Assembly (NCBI GenBank): GCA_964408435.1
Contig: CAYOZL010000007.1
Location: 1-61,871, forward strand
DNA: 61,871 nt
Reading direction: 5' to 3'
From: an uncultured Bdellovibrionales bacterium
GTDB lineage: Bacteria > Bdellovibrionota_C > UBA2361 > SZUA-149 > CAYOZL01
In this document: positions 8,299 to 18,306 of the stretch, one piece after another
How the letters are laid out: each line of letters begins with the position of its first letter
Numbering within the stretch: the stretch's first letter is position 1
The notes under the pieces: generated by a model
What the model was told of the DNA's origin: nothing
What the model saw: only the letters and a program-made list of their open reading frames with translations
Databases searched by the model: none
Position numbers and translations under genes: made by a program

Positions 8299-8901
8299 AT
8301 GCAGATACAAGACCATTGGTTGGTAGGTAAAAACGTATACAAGTATAGAAGCCCTAATTTTAGTAAAGATTTCGATTCTGAAGTATTTAAACCAGACACT
8401 ATTGTTATGCACTATACAGCTGGTTCAACAGTTGAAGGAGCAGTTTGTCATTTATGTGATGTGGAAAAAGAAGTTTCTTCTCATTTAGTTGTTTCTAGAG
8501 ATTTAAGAATATTTCAATTAGTACCATTTAATATACCTGCTTGGCATAGTGGGGTTAGTGAATGGAAGAATCGAACTAGTTTAAATCAGTATTCTATTGG
8601 GATAGAAATAGATAATGCTGGAAAGTTAGATTTTATAAAAGGGAAGTATCTTTCATGGTTTGAAAAAGAGTATCCAGAAAATGAAGTTATTAAGCTTAAA
8701 CATGTAAATAGAGAGCAAGAAGAGTATTGGCATAAATACAATAAAGAACAGATTTTATTGTTAGAAGAAATATCAAAAATTTTGATTAAAAAATACGGGA
8801 TAAAAGACCTAGTAGGTCATGATGAAATATCTCCCTATAGAAAGATTGACCCAGGACCAGCTTTTCCAATTAAAGACTTTAAAAAGCTCATATGTATATA
8901 G
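8299..8901 (+). CDS. N-acetylmuramoyl-L-alanine amidase (Amidase_2/AmpD family)
   Basis: IVMHYTAG, AWHSG, SIGIE, GHDEISP-RKIDPGPAFP. Confidence 0.92.
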   Translation: MQIQDHWLVGKNVYKYRSPNFSKDFDSEVFKPDTIVMHYTAGSTVEGAVCHLCDVEKEVSSHLVVSRDLRIFQLVPFNIPAWHSGVSEWKNRTSLNQYSIGIEIDNAGKLDFIKGKYLSWFEKEYPENEVIKLKHVNREQEEYWHKYNKEQILLLEEISKILIKKYGIKDLVGHDEISPYRKIDPGPAFPIKDFKKLICI

Positions 8902-8969
8902 TTGACTTCGCTTAATTTTACTAAAAATCAACCTAAGTCAACTATATCCTGTTTTCCGCTGCGCTCGGC
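8896..8969 (+). repeat. Dispersed palindromic element, copy 1 (short form)
   Basis: Arms ATATAGTTGACTT (8896-8908) / AAGTCAACTATAT (8935-8947) followed by tail CCTGTTTTCCGCTGCGCTCGGC; homologous to 43647 and 53456. Confidence 0.9.
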
Positions 8970-9026
8970 AATGCCACGCTATACAATTGCCTATTTGCAA
9001 TGCTTTATATATAAAAGGCTCTTATT

Positions 9027-10571
9027 ATGAGCGCAAATACAAAAGAAAAAAAAGAAGCCAAATCTGCTGAGGATAATTCAGCTGAAAAGAGTAACGAACA
9101 GAATTCAGAACAGTATAAACTTAGAAAAGAAAAACTAGAGAATTTAAGACAAGATTCTTATCCTTTTCCTAATGATATTAAAGTAGATATCAACTGTGTT
9201 GATTTTAGAAATCTAGTTGAGACGCAAGCAGAGCTAGAAGAGTCTAAAAGAACAGTATACAATTTATCTGGAAGAATTGTAGCAATGCGCAAAATGGGTA
9301 AGGCTGCTTTTTGCCAAATACAAGATGCTTCTGGAAGATTACAATTTTATATTAGAAAAGATGAAGTAACTGCAGAAGAATTCGCTAGTTTTAAGCAAAT
9401 GGATATTGGAGATATTATTGCTCTTTCCGGCTTTGCATTTGTTACAAAAACTAAAGAGCCAAGCTTACATGCAAAATCAATTCGCTTAGTGGTTAAATGT
9501 TTACATCCATTACCTGAGAAGTGGCATGGACTTTCAGATGTTGAAGCTAGGTATCGTCAAAGATATTTAGATTTAATAGTTAATCCAAATACAAGAGAAA
9601 TTTTTAAGAAAAGATCTAAGATAGTAAGTTACATTAGAAATTTTTTAGAGAGTAAAGGCTACTTAGAAGTTGAAACTCCTGTAATGACTTCTGTAGCAAG
9701 TGGTGCAGCAGCTAGACCATTTACAACTCATCATAATAGTTTAGGTCTAGATTTAAATATGAGAATTGCTCTAGAACTACCACTAAAGAAATTAGTAGTA
9801 GGTGGTTTAGAAAGAGTATTTGAATTAAGTAGAGTTTTTAGAAATGAAGGGATTTCTAAACAACATAATCCTGAATTTACAATGATTGAGTTTTATCAGG
9901 CTTATGCAACGTATAAAGATTTAATGGACTTAACTGAAGAGCTAGTAACTGGCTTGTGTGATGAAATAGTTGGGAGTACTGAGCTTGAGTATGGGGAGAG
10001 CAAAATTAGTTTCAAAGCCCCATGGCAAAGACTAACAATGATTGAAGCTGTTCAAAAGTATGCATCAATTGATGAGTCTATTGATTTGAAGTCATTAGAT
10101 GGAACTAAGCAAGCAGCTAAACAATTAGGACATGAGGATTTAGCTAAGTTTAAAGATGCTGGTAGAATATTATATGAAATCTACGACAGAGAGGTAGAGG
10201 ATAAAATAATCGATCCTACTTTTATAACTCAATTTCCAAAAATAGTTTCTCCTCTTGCACGTCCAAACGATAAGGACCCAAATTTTGTTGATCGTTTTGA
10301 ATTGATAGTAAATGGCATGGAATTAGCGAATGCTTTTAGCGAATTAAATGACGCAGTGGATCAAAGAGATCGAATGCAGGACCAAGCTGATGCGAAGTCT
10401 GCTGGAGACGAGGAAGCTATGGATTTAGATGAAGATTTTATTACTGCTTTAGAATATGGCTTACCTCCAACCGCAGGGCAGGGAATAGGAATTGATAGGC
10501 TTGTAATGTTGTTAACTAATTCTCCGAATATTAGAGAAGTAATTTTATTCCCAACATTAAGACCCAGATAA
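9027..10571 (+). CDS. lysS: Lysine--tRNA ligase (class II)
   Basis: PLPEKWHGL, RYRQRYLDL, FRNEG, HNPEFT, GIGIDRLVMLL. Confidence 0.98.
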   Translation: MSANTKEKKEAKSAEDNSAEKSNEQNSEQYKLRKEKLENLRQDSYPFPNDIKVDINCVDFRNLVETQAELEESKRTVYNLSGRIVAMRKMGKAAFCQIQDASGRLQFYIRKDEVTAEEFASFKQMDIGDIIALSGFAFVTKTKEPSLHAKSIRLVVKCLHPLPEKWHGLSDVEARYRQRYLDLIVNPNTREIFKKRSKIVSYIRNFLESKGYLEVETPVMTSVASGAAARPFTTHHNSLGLDLNMRIALELPLKKLVVGGLERVFELSRVFRNEGISKQHNPEFTMIEFYQAYATYKDLMDLTEELVTGLCDEIVGSTELEYGESKISFKAPWQRLTMIEAVQKYASIDESIDLKSLDGTKQAAKQLGHEDLAKFKDAGRILYEIYDREVEDKIIDPTFITQFPKIVSPLARPNDKDPNFVDRFELIVNGMELANAFSELNDAVDQRDRMQDQADAKSAGDEEAMDLDEDFITALEYGLPPTAGQGIGIDRLVMLLTNSPNIREVILFPTLRPR

Positions 10572-10582
10572 AAGCAGAATAA

Positions 10583-11866
10583 TTGGAAACTTCTAATACA
10601 GAATTATTTGTAGCGCTTCGTTACTTAAAAAGTAAAAGAAAAGAAGTATTCATTTCTATAATTACAGTAATTTCTGTAATTGGAGTAGCTCTCAGTGTAA
10701 TGGTTTTAAACATTGTTATGTCAATTATGACAGGGTTTGAAAATACTTTGCAGACAAAACTCTTTGACTCAAATTCTCATATTACTATTAGAGGCACAGG
10801 GGATAAGCTCTTAGATAATTACGAAGGGCTTTTAAAGAAGATACCTCAAGACTCTAAAATAAAAGCTTCTTATCCATTTACTTATAATCAAGCTATGATT
10901 TCAACTGAGTCAGGGGCTCGTGGATTATTAATTAGAGGAGTTGCAAATAGTAAAGACTCTAAGGGCCGAATCTCAAAAATGTTAGAGAACAAAATTGGTA
11001 TTGAAGGCTTATTTAGTCATGTAGATGTTGAACTAGAAAGACCAGATGGCATAAGAGATATAGTTAAACTTCCTCCTATTATTTTAGGTAAGACCTTACA
11101 GTATAAACTAGGTTTAAAACCAGGAAGCATAGTTACTTTAATTGCACCTCAGTTTAGTGCTTCTCCTCAAGGGGCTGTGCCAAGGATGAGAAGGTTTGTA
11201 GTCGTTGATATTTATAAATCAGGTTTGGTTGAGTACGAAAGTACTCTTGCTTATGCAAATATAGATGATGCTAAAAGTTTTTTCACTCTAGGTAATTCCG
11301 TTACTGGAGTTGAGGTAGAGATATTTAAACTATCTGAGTCTAGAGAAGTAGCTAGTACAATTAGAAATGAATTATATAATGATAATGAGCTTTATAATGT
11401 TAGTGACTGGACAGAGCAAAATAGACCTTTATGGGAGGCTCTACAGTTAGAAAAGAGAGTTTACTTTATTGTTTTATTATTACTTATCTTAATAGCGAGT
11501 TTTTCAATAGTTAGTACCTTGGTTATGACTGTAATGGAAAAAGGTAGAGATATTGCAATACTTAAAACGATTGGAGCAAGTAAAAACTTTTTAATTAAAA
11601 TCTTTCTTTATCAAGGAGCTGTAATTGGCTTCTTTGGGATTATAATAGGCACTATCTTAGGCTTATTAGGTTGTTTTATTCTTAAGCATTATGGTTTCGA
11701 AATAGATGAAAGAGTGTTCTCGATGAGCACTGTGCCTGTAGAAATAATTCCTTTAAATTTTTTAATAGTTGCAGTGACAGCTTTTTTTATAACTGCTGCA
11801 TCTGGAATATATCCTGCTTTTAGAGCAGCTAGTTTGAAAACTGCTGAGGCATTAAGATTCGAATGA
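10583..11866 (+). CDS. lolE: Lipoprotein-releasing ABC transporter permease LolC/E
   Basis: ALRYL..FISII, SIMTGF, DIAILKTIGA; adjacent to lolD. Confidence 0.9.
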   Translation: METSNTELFVALRYLKSKRKEVFISIITVISVIGVALSVMVLNIVMSIMTGFENTLQTKLFDSNSHITIRGTGDKLLDNYEGLLKKIPQDSKIKASYPFTYNQAMISTESGARGLLIRGVANSKDSKGRISKMLENKIGIEGLFSHVDVELERPDGIRDIVKLPPIILGKTLQYKLGLKPGSIVTLIAPQFSASPQGAVPRMRRFVVVDIYKSGLVEYESTLAYANIDDAKSFFTLGNSVTGVEVEIFKLSESREVASTIRNELYNDNELYNVSDWTEQNRPLWEALQLEKRVYFIVLLLLILIASFSIVSTLVMTVMEKGRDIAILKTIGASKNFLIKIFLYQGAVIGFFGIIIGTILGLLGCFILKHYGFEIDERVFSMSTVPVEIIPLNFLIVAVTAFFITAASGIYPAFRAASLKTAEALRFE

Positions 11867-12528
11867 TATTAACAGCAAGTGACTTATCGATGAGCTTTGA
11901 TGATGCTGGGCAACGAGTTCAGGTTTTCTCTGGTGTTGATTTAAATTTAGAATCTGGAACCTCTCTTGCAATAGTAGGAAATTCTGGAATAGGGAAAACT
12001 ACACTGCTTAATATTTTAGGTGGTCTTGAAAAGCCAATTACAGGGTATGCAAAATTAGATGATAAAGATTGTTTTCTAGGAGATGCGGATCCAGTATTTA
12101 GAGCAAAGAATTTTGGCTTTGTTTTTCAAAGTCATAACTTGCTATCTGATTTTACTGCATTAGAAAATGTAATGATGCCTTTGATGATCCTGGGTTCAAA
12201 ACTTGAAGATGCTAAAAAAAATGCAGCTGACTTACTTAAGAAAGTTGGTCTAGAGGATAGAAGACAGCATAAAACTTTATTGCTTTCTGGGGGAGAGCAA
12301 CAAAGGGTAGCAATTGCTAGGGCAATGGTTACAAAACCTTCAGTCATATTAGCAGATGAACCAACTGGGAATCTGGATAAAGATAATTCAGACAAAATAG
12401 CTAGACTACTATTGGATGCTCAAGAAATTAATAATACTAGTGTAGTAGTAGTTACTCATTCGATGGAATTTGCACAAAAAATGCAAAGAGTATTAAGATT
12501 AACAAAAGATGGTCTACAAGAGATATAA
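11863..12528 (+). CDS. lolD: Lipoprotein-releasing ABC transporter ATPase
   Basis: GNSGIGKTT, LSGGEQQRVAIARA, ADEPTGNLD. Confidence 0.92.
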   Translation: MILTASDLSMSFDDAGQRVQVFSGVDLNLESGTSLAIVGNSGIGKTTLLNILGGLEKPITGYAKLDDKDCFLGDADPVFRAKNFGFVFQSHNLLSDFTALENVMMPLMILGSKLEDAKKNAADLLKKVGLEDRRQHKTLLLSGGEQQRVAIARAMVTKPSVILADEPTGNLDKDNSDKIARLLLDAQEINNTSVVVVTHSMEFAQKMQRVLRLTKDGLQEI

Positions 12529-14836
12529 TAAAATGAAAAAAACCTTAATTCCAAGCCTTATTGTTAATAGTATTTTTAGTGTTGTCTTTTTAAGTTTTTT
12601 TTCTAGCTTAGCCTTCGCCCAAGTAGTTCAGGAAATTGAAATTATCGGTAATCAAAGAGTAGATAAAGAAACTGTTAGAGTGCAGTTATCTTCAAAACCT
12701 GGAGAAGAATTAAATAGGCAAAACGTATCTGAGGATATTAAGAAAATTTATAAAACAGGTTTTTTTACCGATGTTAAAGCAAAAGTTAAAAATACCTTAA
12801 ACGGTGTAGTACTTGCATATTTTGTAAATGAGAAATCTGCTATTAGAAATATCAATATCTCTGGGCAAGAAGAATTTGATGAAGAAGAAATCCTAGAAAA
12901 GCTAAATTTAAAAGACCAAAGATTCTTAGATCCTAAGAAAGTAAAAGCAAACATTGAAGAGCTTAGAAAAGAATATCAAGATAAAGGTCTATACGGCACA
13001 AAAGTAAATTATCGTATTGATCAAGCACCAAACGGTGAAGTTGACCTAGTTGTAAATATCAATGAAGGAGAAGAAAAAAGAATTAGAAAAATAGTTTTTC
13101 AGGGTAATCAGCAGTTAAGAGCAAGTGATTTATCCGGTCAAATAGATACAGCAAGATATAAGTGGTGGTCTTCTTGGATTACAGGTTCTGGTGTAGCAAA
13201 TGATGAAAAACTTGATAACGATAAGAAAAGATTAACAGAGCATTATTTAAGAAAAGGTTTTGCTGAAGTTAAAGTAGCTAAGCCTCAAATAGTTGATACT
13301 ACTGATGGAATAAACATAGTTTATAACGTTAACGAGGGTCAGAGGTATAATTTTGGTGAAATCTCTGTAGTAGGTGATTTAATTGATAATAACCAAAATA
13401 AAACATTAGATAAGATTAAATCAGCTAATGGAAAAACTTTTAATGTAGATTACTTAAGGCAAGATACTTTTGGTATCTCTGATAAGTTTACAGATATTGG
13501 ATATGCTTTTGCCAATGTTGAGCCTTTAACAAAAGTTAATAGGGAAAATAAAACAGTTGATATTGCTTACAAGGTTTCTAAAGGTGAATTAACTCACGTT
13601 AATAAGATACTTTTCAATGGTAATGATAAAACAAGAGATAATGTTCTTAGAAGAAATTTAAAAATTCAAGAACAAGAAGTTTTTTCTAGTTCTAAAATCA
13701 GAAGGAGTCAGGAACTTTTAAGAAGGCTTGGTTTTTTTGATGAAGTAACTATCGTGCCACAACCTACAGATGATGCACAAAAAGTAAATTTAAATGTAGG
13801 AGTTAAAGAAGCTCAAACAGGAACTTTTAGTATTGGTGCAGGAGTTAGTTCTGGAGATGGAGTCTTATTTAATGGAAGAGTCTCTGAGAATAATGTTTTA
13901 GGTACTGGAAACTCTATTTCTGTAGATGTTAATACCGGAACAACAACTAATAACTTTTTACTTTCTTTTACTAATCCAAGGGTAAATGACACATACCTTT
14001 CATTCGGAGTTAGTGGGCAAAGTGTTATACGAAGATTTGATAACTTTGATAGAACTATTACAGGTGGAGGTATTAGTCTCGGATATCCACTTTTATTTTT
14101 AGGTACAGATACGGACTATCTAGATGATATTAGAGTTAGTCTCGGTTATCAGTACAATAAGATTGAAATTGATAATCTTGATGATGATGCGCCTCAGTTG
14201 GTTATAGACCAAGAAGGAGAAACAACAGCATCGAGTATTTTGCCTAGACTCATTAGAAATACAATTGATAATCCACTAGACCCATCCTCAGGCTCTAGAC
14301 AAGTTCTTAATTTAGAATATGCAGGCTTAGGTGGCGAGGAAAACTTTTGGTTGGTTAATTTTAATAACTCATGGTTTTACCCAATTATAGAAACTAATGC
14401 AGGAGATATCGTTTTTTCTCAGCGTATAAAATTTGGTTGGGGAGAGAATATAAGCGGAGATGGACAGTTCCCGTTATTTAGAAGATTCTTCCCTGGTGGT
14501 ATTGATACTAACCGTGGTTTTGCTGCTAGAGAGCTAGGTCCTCAAGATGAAAATGGAAATGAATTTGGAGGTAATAAGCAGTTACTTGGAACCTTTGAAA
14601 CTATTTTTCCTATATCTCAATCTATTGGGCTTAAAGGTGTTTTATTTTATGATGTTGGTAATGCATTTGATGACGAGGAAAGTATAAACTTTGGCGAGTT
14701 AAGGCACTCTGTAGGTTGGGGTTTTAGATGGAGATCCCCTATCGCTCCGATTAGAATTGAAATTGGTCATCCTTTAAATAGAGAAGAAGGGGATAATTCA
14801 ATAGCATTTAATTTTTCTTTGGGTGCTCCAATCTAA
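12509..14836 (+). CDS. bamA: Outer membrane protein assembly factor BamA (start possibly 12533)
   Basis: POTRA repeats, RGF loop motif, GFRWRSPIAPIRIE barrel end. Confidence 0.95.
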   Translation: MVYKRYNKMKKTLIPSLIVNSIFSVVFLSFFSSLAFAQVVQEIEIIGNQRVDKETVRVQLSSKPGEELNRQNVSEDIKKIYKTGFFTDVKAKVKNTLNGVVLAYFVNEKSAIRNINISGQEEFDEEEILEKLNLKDQRFLDPKKVKANIEELRKEYQDKGLYGTKVNYRIDQAPNGEVDLVVNINEGEEKRIRKIVFQGNQQLRASDLSGQIDTARYKWWSSWITGSGVANDEKLDNDKKRLTEHYLRKGFAEVKVAKPQIVDTTDGINIVYNVNEGQRYNFGEISVVGDLIDNNQNKTLDKIKSANGKTFNVDYLRQDTFGISDKFTDIGYAFANVEPLTKVNRENKTVDIAYKVSKGELTHVNKILFNGNDKTRDNVLRRNLKIQEQEVFSSSKIRRSQELLRRLGFFDEVTIVPQPTDDAQKVNLNVGVKEAQTGTFSIGAGVSSGDGVLFNGRVSENNVLGTGNSISVDVNTGTTTNNFLLSFTNPRVNDTYLSFGVSGQSVIRRFDNFDRTITGGGISLGYPLLFLGTDTDYLDDIRVSLGYQYNKIEIDNLDDDAPQLVIDQEGETTASSILPRLIRNTIDNPLDPSSGSRQVLNLEYAGLGGEENFWLVNFNNSWFYPIIETNAGDIVFSQRIKFGWGENISGDGQFPLFRRFFPGGIDTNRGFAARELGPQDENGNEFGGNKQLLGTFETIFPISQSIGLKGVLFYDVGNAFDDEESINFGELRHSVGWGFRWRSPIAPIRIEIGHPLNREEGDNSIAFNFSLGAPI

Positions 14837-14974
14837 TTTATATTCCCGATTGTAGTAATTCTTAATATTAAAATTTTTTATATAAAAACACATATTAAAA
14901 ACAGACAGTATAGGTGCGTAAATAATCTTGATTTTCTTGTCCAATCGTCTAAACTGCTAAATTAATTCTAAATA

Positions 14975-15490
14975 GTGGAGAGAAACTTGAAGAAAATACT
15001 TCTAATTGCATTAATTACCCTTTTACCAACTATAGCGCTTGCTGAATTAAAGATTGCTGTTGTTGATCTTCAAAAAGCACTTGCAACTTCTAAGGCTGGT
15101 AAAAAAGCTCAGGCTGACTACCAAAAAGAAGTAGAGAAAGCTCAAAGTAGTATCAATACTAAGAAAAAAGATTTTGAAGAAAAAAGAGCTAGTTTAAAAA
15201 AACTTAAAGATAGTTTGAATAAGAAAGCTATTCAGAAAAAAACTAGCGAAATAGCTAAAATAGAAAAAGAATTACAAAAATCTTATAGAGATTCTCAGCA
15301 GAATTTAAGAAAGAAAAATGCAACTGTAGTCTCAGAGTTAATTAAAAAAATGAGAGTAGTAATCGATAAAATTGGAGCAGAAGAAAAACTTTCTTTAATC
15401 TTAGAAAAAGGATCTCAGGCTCTATTATACTCAGCTGGTGTTGAGGATATTACAGATAAAGTTGTAAGTAAGTTTGATTCAGGCAAGTAA
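14975..15490 (+). CDS. skp: OmpH/Skp periplasmic chaperone
   Basis: Signal peptide, KIAVVDLQKAL, coiled coil, DITDKV; follows bamA. Confidence 0.92.
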   Translation: MERNLKKILLIALITLLPTIALAELKIAVVDLQKALATSKAGKKAQADYQKEVEKAQSSINTKKKDFEEKRASLKKLKDSLNKKAIQKKTSEIAKIEKELQKSYRDSQQNLRKKNATVVSELIKKMRVVIDKIGAEEKLSLILEKGSQALLYSAGVEDITDKVVSKFDSGK

Positions 15491-15521
15491 GTTTAGACAG
15501 CGCATTTATTAGGGAAAGGAA

Positions 15522-15965
15522 ATGGAATTACCATTAAAAACACAAGATATTAGAAAAATAATACCTCATCGTTACCCGATGCTATTTGTAGATAGGGTTA
15601 ATGAGTTTGTTGATGGGGAATTTATAGTCGGTCAAAAAAATGTAACAGCTAACGAAGAATTTTTTAATGGACATTTTCCTGATACTCCGATTTTACCCGG
15701 CGTTATTACTCTAGAAGCCCTAGCTCAGCTAGGTGTTCTATTTGCAAGACTTTGTAGTGATGGAGTTGATGGTAGTGGCTTATATGTTTTTGCAGCTGCA
15801 GATAACGTCAAGTTTAGAAGACAAGTTGTCCCTGGCGATATCTTAAAATTAGAGATGAAACTGATTAAAAGAAGAAAAGGTATTTGGAAAATGCAAGGAA
15901 CAGCTACAGTTGATGGTGAGATAGCTGTGGAAGGTGTTTTAGTTGCTGCTACTGCAAGTAAATAA
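15522..15965 (+). CDS. fabZ: 3-hydroxyacyl-ACP dehydratase
   Basis: IPHRYPMLFVDRV, FFNGHFP..PILPGV..EALAQ. Confidence 0.97.
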   Translation: MELPLKTQDIRKIIPHRYPMLFVDRVNEFVDGEFIVGQKNVTANEEFFNGHFPDTPILPGVITLEALAQLGVLFARLCSDGVDGSGLYVFAAADNVKFRRQVVPGDILKLEMKLIKRRKGIWKMQGTATVDGEIAVEGVLVAATASK

Positions 15966-16018
15966 ATTTTTAGAAGTTTTAAGAAGTAAGTAAATTAAGA
16001 GAGTTATTTAAGTGAGCT

Positions 16019-16837
16019 ATGTCTAGTATTCCTAAATCAAATACTGCAAAATCTAACATTCATAGTACAGCTATTGTCTCAAAATCTGCACAGATTGCAG
16101 ATGATGTTCAAATAGGTCCTTATTCTGTAATTGGTCCAAATGTTAAAATAGGAAGTGGTACTTGGGTTGGCCCACATGTAGTTGTTGAAGGCTATACTAC
16201 TATCGGAACTAAGAATAGACTTTTTCAATTCTCCTCTATTGGTTCAGCGCCTCAAGATTTAAAATATAAAGGGGAGTCAACATTACTTAATATTGGTAAT
16301 TCCAATATAATCCGTGAATACGTAACAATTCAACCAGGCACAATTCAAGCAAATGGTAAGACAGTAGTTGGTAACGGCAATTTATTTATGGCTAGCTCAC
16401 ATGTAGGTCATGATTCTGTAGTTGGTAATAGTAATGTTTTTGCAAATAATGTTGCTTTGGCAGGACATGTTACTATTCAGAATAAAGTGATAATTGGTGG
16501 AATGGTGGGGATACATCAGTTTTGCACAATAGGGGATAATGCAATGTTATCTGGAGGTTCAATGGTAGTAAAAGATATTCCACCATATTGTATAGCTCAA
16601 GGTGATAGAGCTAAGTTAAGAGGTCTAAATACTATTGGTCTGCAAAGAAGTGGTTTTTCTAAAGAACAAATTACGGATATTCGAAAAGTTTATAGAAATT
16701 TATTTAAATCTTCAGGAAATATGTCTGAGAGAATAGCTTCTGTTCCTAAAGATTTAGCAAATTTGTCTCACATCTCTACCTTGATAGAATTTATCAAATC
16801 TAGTCAAAGAGGTATCTGTAGTGCTGAAAAAGAATAG
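16019..16837 (+). CDS. lpxA: UDP-N-acetylglucosamine acyltransferase
   Basis: Hexapeptide repeats, PQDLKYKGE, HVGHD, LAGHV, HQF. Confidence 0.97.
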   Translation: MSSIPKSNTAKSNIHSTAIVSKSAQIADDVQIGPYSVIGPNVKIGSGTWVGPHVVVEGYTTIGTKNRLFQFSSIGSAPQDLKYKGESTLLNIGNSNIIREYVTIQPGTIQANGKTVVGNGNLFMASSHVGHDSVVGNSNVFANNVALAGHVTIQNKVIIGGMVGIHQFCTIGDNAMLSGGSMVVKDIPPYCIAQGDRAKLRGLNTIGLQRSGFSKEQITDIRKVYRNLFKSSGNMSERIASVPKDLANLSHISTLIEFIKSSQRGICSAEKE

Positions 16838-17705
16838 AATAACTACAAATACAGAACAAACTAATAGAGAGTCTATAACAGAGTCTGAAAAATTAATTTT
16901 AGAACATGGCAAGGTCGGAATCATTGCGGGCAATGGTCATTTCCCACTAATGTTTTGTGAAAAAGCAAAAGCTAATAATTGTAACACTGTTGTAGTTGCA
17001 CATCATGGTGAAACTAAAAAAGAAATTGAAGCAGTATCAAATACTTGCACTTGGGTAAAACTTGGCCAACTCGGTAAGCTAATCTCTACTTTTAAAGATA
17101 ACGACGTAAAAGTAGTTGTGATGGCAGGTGGAATTAGCCGAATAAAGCATTTTGGTAATTTAAAGTTAGATCTTAAAGGAGTAACTTTTTTAGCAAAAAT
17201 AAGATCAACTAAAGATGATGTTGTAATGAGAGGTATTGCTTCTGAGCTAGAGAAAGAAGGAATAAGAGTAGTTAGTTGTTTAAGCTTTTTCTCTAAAAAT
17301 GTTGTTAGTAAAGGAATATTCGTAGGTAAAAAATTATCTAAACAAGAAAAACAAGATGTTGAAGTTGCAATCTCAGCAATAAAAGCTATCAGCTCTGAAG
17401 ATATCGGCCAGTTAGTAGTAGTTAAAGAAGGTGTGGTTGTTGCAGTTGAAGCAGTTGAAGGCACTGATGCAACTATTACTAGAGGAGGGGCTTTAGCAGG
17501 TGAGGGAAGTGTTGTTGTTAAGTTTGCTAAAACAACTCAAGATTTAAGATTTGATATCCCTACAATTGGCCTAAATACAATAAAGACTTTAAATGATTCA
17601 AACGTAAGAGTATTAGCGGTACAAGCAGATAAGAACTTATTATTAGAGCCTGAATTGATTAAAGCTGAAGCTGAAAAGTCTGGCTTAAGTATTATTGGCA
17701 TATAA
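16821..17705 (+). CDS. lpxI: UDP-2,3-diacylglucosamine diphosphatase LpxI
   Basis: GIIAGNG, DIGQ, AVEAVEGTD, QDLRFDIPTIG. Confidence 0.92.
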   Translation: MLKKNRITTNTEQTNRESITESEKLILEHGKVGIIAGNGHFPLMFCEKAKANNCNTVVVAHHGETKKEIEAVSNTCTWVKLGQLGKLISTFKDNDVKVVVMAGGISRIKHFGNLKLDLKGVTFLAKIRSTKDDVVMRGIASELEKEGIRVVSCLSFFSKNVVSKGIFVGKKLSKQEKQDVEVAISAIKAISSEDIGQLVVVKEGVVVAVEAVEGTDATITRGGALAGEGSVVVKFAKTTQDLRFDIPTIGLNTIKTLNDSNVRVLAVQADKNLLLEPELIKAEAEKSGLSIIGI

Positions 17706-18306
17706 AGGTAGAGTATTAGAAATGGATATAAGCACAGTTAAAACTACATTTTCTATGATGGCTAAGCTCGCTCAATCAGATGGAAGCGTCTCTTCATCGG
17801 AGATTAAGGTCTTAGAGAAGTTAATTTCTGTTTTAAAATTAAACAAAGAAGATAAAAAAATAGCTATTGAAACATTTAATTCAGCTAAAAAATCTGAAAA
17901 AACTTTTTCTGAGTATGCTACTGATTACAAGAAAGAAATGGAATCTAAGCCAGAGATGTTAAAATGGATGTTAGATTTGCTAGTTAAAGTTGCTTATGCG
18001 GATCGAGAACTTTCAGACTCTGAGCACGATATGCTTGAACAAGCATGTAATATATTTGGTGTATCAACCAATAATTACAAAAAAATATCTAATTCTTCTT
18101 TATTCTCAAGATTAGGCTGCTCGAGAAAAGATACGCCTGAGCTGATAAAAGAAAAATACGAAAAATTATTAGAAGTTTGTTGTCCTGATAAAATGGCTGA
18201 AATGGGTTTACCTAAGGAATTTTCAAAATTAGCAAAAGATATCAGAGAAGAAGTTATTTCTGCGTATGAATCTATTGCTAAAAATACACTAACTAAAGAT
18301 TCGTAG
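17695..18306 (+). CDS. djlA: TerB/DjlA-like co-chaperone with degenerate J domain (start probably 17722)
   Basis: AKLAQSDGSVSSSE and VAYAD TerB motifs; C-terminal CCPDK..GLP J-like region. Confidence 0.7.
   Translation: MAYKGRVLEMDISTVKTTFSMMAKLAQSDGSVSSSEIKVLEKLISVLKLNKEDKKIAIETFNSAKKSEKTFSEYATDYKKEMESKPEMLKWMLDLLVKVAYADRELSDSEHDMLEQACNIFGVSTNNYKKISNSSLFSRLGCSRKDTPELIKEKYEKLLEVCCPDKMAEMGLPKEFSKLAKDIREEVISAYESIAKNTLTKDS

Noticed and set aside
8899-9030. Stop-codon readthrough/recoding signal at the TAG-anchored hairpins
   Set aside because: The frame stays open through copy 1, but copy 2 hits TAA after 10 codons and copy 3 hits TAG after 2, so no extension is conserved
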